A stretch of DNA of 11,251 nucleotides, taken from the NCBI GenBank assembly GCA_027340875.1, contig DAIENX010000053.1:1-11251 (forward strand), read 5' to 3'. Made by a program: the position numbers and the translations under genes. Within the stretch, counting starts at the first letter, position 1; each line of letters begins with the position of its first letter. Source of the stretch: Elusimicrobiota bacterium. Its GTDB lineage: Bacteria > Elusimicrobiota > Elusimicrobia > Elusimicrobiales > UBA9959. Below the pieces are notes generated by a model. That model had not been told where the DNA came from, made no database searches, and saw only the letters and a list, made by a program, of their open reading frames with translations. This document shows, one piece after another, positions 5,328 to 11,251 of this stretch.

Positions 5328-6563
5328 ATGGAAAAATTCGCGATAACCATCCTCTCGAATCTGGTCCAGGTCCTGCTGGCCGCGAGCGGCCTTTTCTATC
5401 TGCTTCTGAGCTTCCGCGGCTTCTGGAGCCTAAGAGCGCCGGCCCCCGCGGGGAAGAAACGGCGCTTCGCGCTGCTGGTCCCGGCGCACGACGAGGAAGG
5501 GGTCATAGGCTTCGCGGTTGAGAGTTTAGCTGGGCTGCGCTATCCGCGCGAACTGTTCGATATATACGTGATAGCCGACCACTGTTCCGACGGCACGGCC
5601 GCCGCGGCCGCCGCGGCCGGGGCGCGAGTGCTCGACCACTCCGGCCCCGGGCTCAAGGCCGGCAAGGGCCGGGCCCTGAGATGGGCCACCGGCAAGGTGT
5701 TCGAAGCCGGCCCCTATGACGCGCTGTGCTATTTCGACGCGGACTCGCTCGCGCACCCGGATTTCCTGGCCGCGATGGACGGGGAGCTGGAGGCCGGAGC
5801 GGTGGCGGTGCAGGGGCGTCAGCTGGCCAAGAACACCTCGAAACTGATCTCCAGGATACTGGCCGCCGGGCACCTGGTGACCAACCGCTTCTTCCAGCTG
5901 CCCAAGCAGGCGGCGGGGCTGTCGGCCACGCTGCACGGCAAGGGGATGTGCTTTTCGGCCGAGGTCGCGCGCAGGTTCCATTGGGACGAGACCTGCCTCA
6001 CCGAGGACCTGGAGATGCAGATGCGCCTGATCAGGCACGGGGTGCGCATCTGCTGGTCGCGGGAGGCCGTGGTCTACGACGAGGAGCCGGAGAACCTTTC
6101 CCAGTACCTGTGCCGCACCATACGCTGGACGCGCGGCTCGCTGGATACCGCGCGCAGGCATCTGCCCGGTCTTTTCGCGCGGGCGTTCTCTAAGGCCGAC
6201 CCGCGCGCCCTCGAGGGCGGGATATACTCCGCGCAGGCTTTCCGCTTCGTCACAGCCTCGGCCGCGGCAGGCCTGCTCTGGCTCAGCCGCGACTCCTTCA
6301 ACGTCCTTGTCTGGCTCTACTCGGCCCTGCCGGGAGCCGAACATGCCAGGAAAGCCCTTTCTCTTGTCCCCCTGTTCCTCTACCCGGCCGCCGCGCTGCT
6401 GCTGGAAGGGGCCAGCCCCGGCCTGCTGGCCGCGTATTTTCTGCAGCCCGTCCTCAGCCTGCTGCGCCTGCCGGTCTTCGTGGCCGGGGTCTTCCGGGGA
6501 ACCGATCTTTGGGGCCGTACCGAGCATACCAGCCGGGTGGCCATAGCCGATCTCGTCGAATGA
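5328..6563 (+). CDS. Membrane-bound family 2 glycosyltransferase (cellulose synthase/IcaA-PgaC-like processive subgroup)
   Basis: N-terminal TM helix. Motifs VPAHDEE, GKGRAL, FDAD, LHGKGM, LTEDLE and RTIRW (QxxRW position), followed by C-terminal hydrophobic helices. Confidence 0.93.
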   Translation: MEKFAITILSNLVQVLLAASGLFYLLLSFRGFWSLRAPAPAGKKRRFALLVPAHDEEGVIGFAVESLAGLRYPRELFDIYVIADHCSDGTAAAAAAAGARVLDHSGPGLKAGKGRALRWATGKVFEAGPYDALCYFDADSLAHPDFLAAMDGELEAGAVAVQGRQLAKNTSKLISRILAAGHLVTNRFFQLPKQAAGLSATLHGKGMCFSAEVARRFHWDETCLTEDLEMQMRLIRHGVRICWSREAVVYDEEPENLSQYLCRTIRWTRGSLDTARRHLPGLFARAFSKADPRALEGGIYSAQAFRFVTASAAAGLLWLSRDSFNVLVWLYSALPGAEHARKALSLVPLFLYPAAALLLEGASPGLLAAYFLQPVLSLLRLPVFVAGVFRGTDLWGRTEHTSRVAIADLVE

Positions 6564-6585
6564 ACATGAATACCACGGAGGTCTT

Positions 6586-7260
6586 ATGAGGAAACTTCTG
6601 ATATCCGCGCTGCTGCTTCTGCCCGCCGCCGGTTACTCGCAGGGCACGGACGCCGAAGGCTGGCCGAAGATGCTGGAGCCTGTCAAGAGGCCGGACCCGC
6701 AGGTGATAATGGGGGACCTCTCCACTTCCCTGAAGCTCAGCTCCAAACAGGAGGAGCGCATCTCGGGAGCTCTCAAGAAGAAGAGCGCCGAGTTCGACAA
6801 GCTGATGAAGGAATACGACGGGAACGCGGAAGAGGAGAAGAAATGGCGCATTAAGGCCAATGAGGTCCGCCACGAGATGGCCAAGGTCAGTTCCTCTATT
6901 CCAGACACGATACGCGAATACCTGGACGACGAGCAGCGTGAGTCCTTCGACGCGCTGGTGGAGGCCAAAAAGAAGCCGGCCGCCGCCGCGGCGGCAGCGG
7001 AGGACGAGCAGGCCCCCAAGCCGGTTAAGAAGAGGAGGCTGGTCAGGCGCAAGAAAGCCGCTCCGGCGGCCGCTGCCCCGACCCCGGCCGAGGAGGAAGG
7101 GGGGGTGATGGTGGACTCGGAAGCGCCCAAGAAGAGGCCGGTCCGCAAGAAGCCGGCCCCCAAGGCCAAGTCGCCGGCCGCCGAAGAGGTCCCGGCCGCG
7201 GAGGAGCCGCCGGCTTCCGAAGAGGCTCCGGAAGAGGCCGCTCCTGGCGCCTATCCCTGA
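6586..7260 (+). CDS. Secreted helical protein with LTxxQ-like motifs (Spy/CpxP-like) and a charged low-complexity tail
   Basis: SD GGAGG, signal MRKLLISALLLLPAAGYS. LKLSSKQ and YLDDEQ flank a long helical hairpin. The C-terminal part is K/R/P/A/E-rich. Confidence 0.75.
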   Translation: MRKLLISALLLLPAAGYSQGTDAEGWPKMLEPVKRPDPQVIMGDLSTSLKLSSKQEERISGALKKKSAEFDKLMKEYDGNAEEEKKWRIKANEVRHEMAKVSSSIPDTIREYLDDEQRESFDALVEAKKKPAAAAAAAEDEQAPKPVKKRRLVRRKKAAPAAAAPTPAEEEGGVMVDSEAPKKRPVRKKPAPKAKSPAAEEVPAAEEPPASEEAPEEAAPGAYP

Positions 7261-7332
7261 CCGGGATTTGCGCAGGATTTGACGCCTTTTTAGGTTATTT
7301 CTGATGGGACGGAATTATACTATAACGAGGAT

Positions 7333-9900
7333 ATGCCGTTGACGATAGCTTTGTGCAGCCAGCCGGCCGGGCGCGCGGGAACCAGTACATCCCGCCGCGG
7401 ACGGCCGCGGCCGGGCATGACGCTTACCGAGCTTATGGTGGCCATGGCCATAATGACCATAGGCGTGCTGGGCATGGTGGGGGCTTTCAAGTACTTCAAC
7501 GTGGGCGTGCAGTCCGCCAAGACCCGTTCGCTGGCCAATAATATAGCCCAGGAGCGCATAGAGTACCTGAAGAACAAGTCCTACTACAGGGTCCTGGTCA
7601 CCACGGCTTCCGCTTCCGACCCCAACTACGCCGCCGGGGAGATGATCTACGACGTGGCTCCCAACGGGGAGGAGACCGTTAACGTCGGCGGTATAAACTT
7701 CCTCAGGCGGGTATACATCCGCAAGGTGAGCGAGGACCCGTCCGGCAACCTGAGTTACATGAGCTGGAACTCCCCCGACCCGGGGCTCAAGGAGATAAAG
7801 GTCTACGTCTGCTGGTTCGAGCGCGGCGAGTGGCGCAAGCTGGAGGTTCGCAATCTCCGTGAGAACCCGGCCCGGGTCAACAGGAGCGCCACCATCAGCG
7901 GTCACGTCGGCAAGTCCGGCGGCGGCAACGTGTCCGACGTGGTAATCCGCGCGCAGGAGGACCCTTCCTACTACGGCGAGTCGGACGCTTCCGGGAACTA
8001 TTCCTTCAGCATAGTCGCCGGCACCTATACCCTGCTGGCCACCAAGAACTTCTATTTTCCGTCCGTGCTGCCGTCGTTCGGAGTGGGCGACGGCGCCACG
8101 GTTTCCGGCAAGGACTTCACGCTCACCCAGATGTCCACCGGCAGCATCTCCGGCTATGCCTTCCTTCGGGACAGGCTGATGATAAGCTCCATAGTAGGCA
8201 GCACGTCTACCGGCACCGGCGACACGGAATGGATAGAGGTGTACAACCCCACCACCTGGACCTGGACCATGGCCACCGGCCTGGGCATCGGCGCCAACGA
8301 GGTGATCAACTTCTCCTACAAGGAGAAGACCGGGGCGGTGGTTACCCCGGATATAGATTATCGTACCGCCGCGCTGGTGCCGGGGCATTATTACCTGTTC
8401 TCCAACACTGGCACGGTTTCGGCCGCCGGCGTGACTGTGCAGGCCGACGCCGTCTACAGCTCCAACGGGGACTGGCTCCACCAGGACGACGTTATAACCG
8501 TGGACGATATGTCGGCGTACGTCTCGCTGCGCAACAACGTCACCTCCAGGGTGTACGATACGGTGGGCTGGATGAACTACGATCCGGTGGCATTAACGTA
8601 CCAGTACCCTGACTCGTACGAGATGTGGCCGGTCTTCTACTGGCAGGACTGGAAGCCTCTTGACCACGGAATGAAGCCCAACAGGGCCTTCCTGCGCAAC
8701 ACCTGGTTCGGCCAGGTACTTGCGGGCCAGGCCAGCTGTTTCGACGTCAACTATAACTATTATGATGTCATGTGCACCACGGTGACCTATGCGCCGCCCA
8801 GGACCAGCACGGGCACGCAGACCTGTGTCACCGGCGGCACGGGCGAGGGCGCCATCGTTTTCGTGGACGACGGCCTCTCCAGCCCCGTTACCGCCTCTTG
8901 GGCCGGCTATTACTACATCTCGCCGGTCTCCACCGGCAGCTGGACCGTCTACATGTCCAGCGGGGTCTCTTTCTCCAGCGTCGCCTATTACGGCGGCACG
9001 ACCAGCAACTACAGCTCCTGGTCCGGCTACAACGTGATGTCCTCCCCCACCATCTACGGTTACATCACCGGCAGGGTGACCGACGTGCTCGGTAACAACC
9101 TGTCCAGCATAAAGATGTACGCGCCGGGCACCTCCCCGGTCTACACCAACGCCAGCGGCCGCTATACGCTGCCGGTGGAGGCCGGCGTGGTCACGGTGCG
9201 GGCCAATTACCAGAGCTACAGCCCCAGCTACGTGGAGCTGTCCTCGGCCGACATCAACGTGGCGATAGGCCAGGCGCAGCAGAACGTGAATTTCGCGCTT
9301 TACCAGGGCGGGCGTATCCGCGGACGCGTAACCACAAACGGCGTGGACCCGCTGCCGGGCATACCGGTGACGGGCATCAAGGGCGGGGTGGAGCAGGGCA
9401 GCGGCGTCAGCGACGACGACGGTTATTTCATCATCTCCGGCACCGGCATTTCCACCGGCACCTATGTCGTGCAGCCGCAGCTGGAAGTCGGCGAGGGCTG
9501 CTCGCCCTCCTCCAAGACCGTCACGGTGACCGCGGGCGTCACCACCTTCTCCTCCACGTTCACGGTCTCCAACGCCTTCGGCGCCGTAGAGGGTCAGGTG
9601 ACGAAGAGCAGCGAAGCCATAACCACGGGCGTGCTGGTATACGTGACCACGGCTACGCTGGCCGCCGGAGCGACCCCCCCGGACATAACTTCCGCGCTGC
9701 GCGCCGGCACGGCCGTTTATTACGCCGATTCCAGCAACGCGCTGGGCAATTTCAGCATCTCGGTGAAGGGAGGCTATTCCTACAACGTGTACGCGTGGTA
9801 CACCACCTGGAGCAATTCAGTGCCCGTCGTAACGCGCAAGCAATCCCTCGGGGTGGCCGTAAATCCCAATCAGACCGTGACGGTGAATTTCAACTGGTGA
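7333..9900 (+). CDS. Large PilV-like type IV minor pilin fused to carboxypeptidase-regulatory-like beta-sandwich repeats and a lamin-tail-like domain
   Basis: Basic leader and prepilin peptidase site RPG|MTLTELMVAMAIMTIGVLG (E5 present), then ANNIAQERIEYLK typical of PilV/GspI-like pilins. Repeated GxIxGxV...GxYxI/F...GxYxV units and EWIEVYNP. The start could alternatively be TTG 7339, which has better SD spacing. Confidence 0.88.
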   Translation: MPLTIALCSQPAGRAGTSTSRRGRPRPGMTLTELMVAMAIMTIGVLGMVGAFKYFNVGVQSAKTRSLANNIAQERIEYLKNKSYYRVLVTTASASDPNYAAGEMIYDVAPNGEETVNVGGINFLRRVYIRKVSEDPSGNLSYMSWNSPDPGLKEIKVYVCWFERGEWRKLEVRNLRENPARVNRSATISGHVGKSGGGNVSDVVIRAQEDPSYYGESDASGNYSFSIVAGTYTLLATKNFYFPSVLPSFGVGDGATVSGKDFTLTQMSTGSISGYAFLRDRLMISSIVGSTSTGTGDTEWIEVYNPTTWTWTMATGLGIGANEVINFSYKEKTGAVVTPDIDYRTAALVPGHYYLFSNTGTVSAAGVTVQADAVYSSNGDWLHQDDVITVDDMSAYVSLRNNVTSRVYDTVGWMNYDPVALTYQYPDSYEMWPVFYWQDWKPLDHGMKPNRAFLRNTWFGQVLAGQASCFDVNYNYYDVMCTTVTYAPPRTSTGTQTCVTGGTGEGAIVFVDDGLSSPVTASWAGYYYISPVSTGSWTVYMSSGVSFSSVAYYGGTTSNYSSWSGYNVMSSPTIYGYITGRVTDVLGNNLSSIKMYAPGTSPVYTNASGRYTLPVEAGVVTVRANYQSYSPSYVELSSADINVAIGQAQQNVNFALYQGGRIRGRVTTNGVDPLPGIPVTGIKGGVEQGSGVSDDDGYFIISGTGISTGTYVVQPQLEVGEGCSPSSKTVTVTAGVTTFSSTFTVSNAFGAVEGQVTKSSEAITTGVLVYVTTATLAAGATPPDITSALRAGTAVYYADSSNALGNFSISVKGGYSYNVYAWYTTWSNSVPVVTRKQSLGVAVNPNQTVTVNFNW

Positions 9901-9907
9901 CGAGACT

Positions 9908-10414
9908 ATGAACTCCTGGAAACGCGGCTACACGCTGATGGAGATGATGCTCGTGGTGGGGATCCTGGGCGTCCTGGTCCTGGCCGCCCCGAAGACCTTC
10001 ATCAGGACCTACCAGTTCGTGCAGCTGATGACCGCGAGGGTGGAGATACAGAAGAACGCCCGCGGCGCGCTGGCCAACATCAACCGGGACCTGCGGCAGG
10101 CCGTGGCCTCCAGCATCACGGTGGACGCCGTCTCCGGCCAGCCGCCCCATTCCCGCATCACTTTCAACAAGTACAATTCGTCCGGGGGCATAACCAGCGT
10201 TTCCTATTACCAGCAGGGCAACAAGCTCTACCAGGCGACGGGCGGTGTCACTGGCAAGATGATAGCCAACAACCTGCGCTACATCGCGTTCACCTATCCG
10301 CGCACCGACGACGACAGCATTTTGTCCATCTCGATCACGTTCGAAAAGGCCACTTACGAGGGCGGCACCAAGGCCCTGCAGATGGCCGTGGAAAAGGTGA
10401 GGATAATGAACTAG
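9908..10414 (+). CDS. PilW/PulJ-like type IV minor pilin
   Basis: KRG|YTLMEMMLVVGILGVLVL N-methylation motif. QKNARGALANINRDLRQA matches the PilW/GspJ-type helix. Confidence 0.9.
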   Translation: MNSWKRGYTLMEMMLVVGILGVLVLAAPKTFIRTYQFVQLMTARVEIQKNARGALANINRDLRQAVASSITVDAVSGQPPHSRITFNKYNSSGGITSVSYYQQGNKLYQATGGVTGKMIANNLRYIAFTYPRTDDDSILSISITFEKATYEGGTKALQMAVEKVRIMN

Positions 10415-10417
10415 CCT

Positions 10418-11251
10418 ATGACAAAATATCCGCGGAACCGCAGGGCGGGGCAGATGGCCATAAGCATGGTCATCAGCATCCTGCTGTTCCTGATGCTGAT
10501 GTTCCCCGTCATGAACCTGTTCGTCCAGAACGAGGGCAAATGGTCGGTCAAGGAGAAGCAGTCCACAACGGCTTTCCATCTGGCCGAGGCCGGAGCGGAC
10601 CGGGCTTACTGGAAGGTCCTGGAGAGCGTGGATATGTGGAACATCACTTCCACCGGCACCATACCCGGCTATAATTTCGACCAGGCCTACGAGGACATAG
10701 GCGGCGGCTCTTACGCCGTGAAGATCAGTTCTGACCCGGTCAATCCGGACCGCAGGATAGTCGAAGCGGTGGGCAGGGACGGCACCGGTTCCCAGTTGCG
10801 CTCCGTCCGCATGTACCTGGAGAACACCGACACCGGCGTGGATTCCGCGGTGAGGACCGAGGACGAGGCCGAGCTTGGAGGGGGCAATTCCCAGGTGGAG
10901 TGGGGGCCGGTGGTGTCCTATAAGGAGATAAAGGCGTCGGGGCGCACCTTCCCCAGGTATTACAGCGCCGGCCACGTCACGCCGCAGGACGGCGGCTCGG
11001 CCGTCGCGGGCACCGATGACGTGTACTGGTGGTCTTTCTATCCGGTGCCACCCGCCCCGGCCGTCAGCTTCAGTTTTTACTTGTCCTCCGCCCAGGCCAG
11101 CGGCGCTTCGCCGTGCGGAGGGAACTATTATACCGTGGGGAACAGGACTTTCATGGGCTGCCATGACAAGAGCGGGAAGACGTATTACGTCACCGGCAAC
11201 GTCATCTTCAAGGCCGGCGGCGGCGGCAACCATATAACCGGCACCGTGATG
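10418..11251 (+). CDS. PilX/GspK-like type IV minor pilin, 3'-truncated by the window edge (absent from the ORF track)
   Basis: Translated by hand: MTKYPRNRRAG|QMAISMVISILLFLMLMFPVMNLFVQNEGKWSVKEKQSTTAFHLAEAGADRAYWKV... The frame is open for 278 codons to the window end. It lacks E5 and carries the PilX N-terminal AFxxAEAG motif. Confidence 0.88.
   Translation, partial: MTKYPRNRRAGQMAISMVISILLFLMLMFPVMNLFVQNEGKWSVKEKQSTTAFHLAEAGADRAYWKVLESVDMWNITSTGTIPGYNFDQAYEDIGGGSYAVKISSDPVNPDRRIVEAVGRDGTGSQLRSVRMYLENTDTGVDSAVRTEDEAELGGGNSQVEWGPVVSYKEIKASGRTFPRYYSAGHVTPQDGGSAVAGTDDVYWWSFYPVPPAPAVSFSFYLSSAQASGASPCGGNYYTVGNRTFMGCHDKSGKTYYVTGNVIFKAGGGGNHITGTVM

Noticed and set aside
5597..5620. GC-rich repeat/palindrome ggccgccgcggccgccgcggccgg
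   Set aside because: It simply encodes a poly-Ala run within the GT2 gene.
7306..7321. Sigma54 promoter for the pilin operon (TGGGACG...)
   Set aside because: The -12 GC dinucleotide is absent (TA at that position).
5526..11233. Long - strand ORFs 5526..6527, 7315..8481 and 9890..11233, and the small alternative-frame ORFs
   Set aside because: Antisense or off-frame shadows of the GT2 and pilin genes, with no recognisable protein features.

Overview
GC-rich bacterial chromosomal window made up almost entirely of cell-envelope and secreted functions. Gene content is reminiscent of Elusimicrobiota, which is an unverified impression. In order: the 3' part of a probable membrane anti-sigma factor; a secreted helical protein with GMGPGQGM repeats, followed by a structured 3' UTR and terminator; a Pro/Gln-rich putative lipoprotein; two tandem secreted subtilisins (S8) on the minus strand; a membrane-anchored protein with STI1/DP-like helical repeats; a divergent GT2 glycosyltransferase and an LTxxQ (Spy/CpxP-like) secreted protein; and the start of a type IV minor-pilin operon (855-aa PilV-like pilin-adhesin fusion, PilW-like, and a PilX-like gene that is missing from the ORF track). 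No mobile element, CRISPR array, tRNA or rRNA was seen. The most notable observations are the giant pilin with a lamin-tail-like domain nested inside a beta-sandwich repeat, the bacterial Tic40-like TM+STI1 protein, and a set of regulatory features: four sigma70-like promoters with 18-nt spacers, candidate leaderless starts, two 9-codon ATGA-coupled mini-ORFs, tandem TTGAC-N4-GTCAA boxes and alternative RNA folds. All family assignments come from motif recognition by eye, not from database searches.
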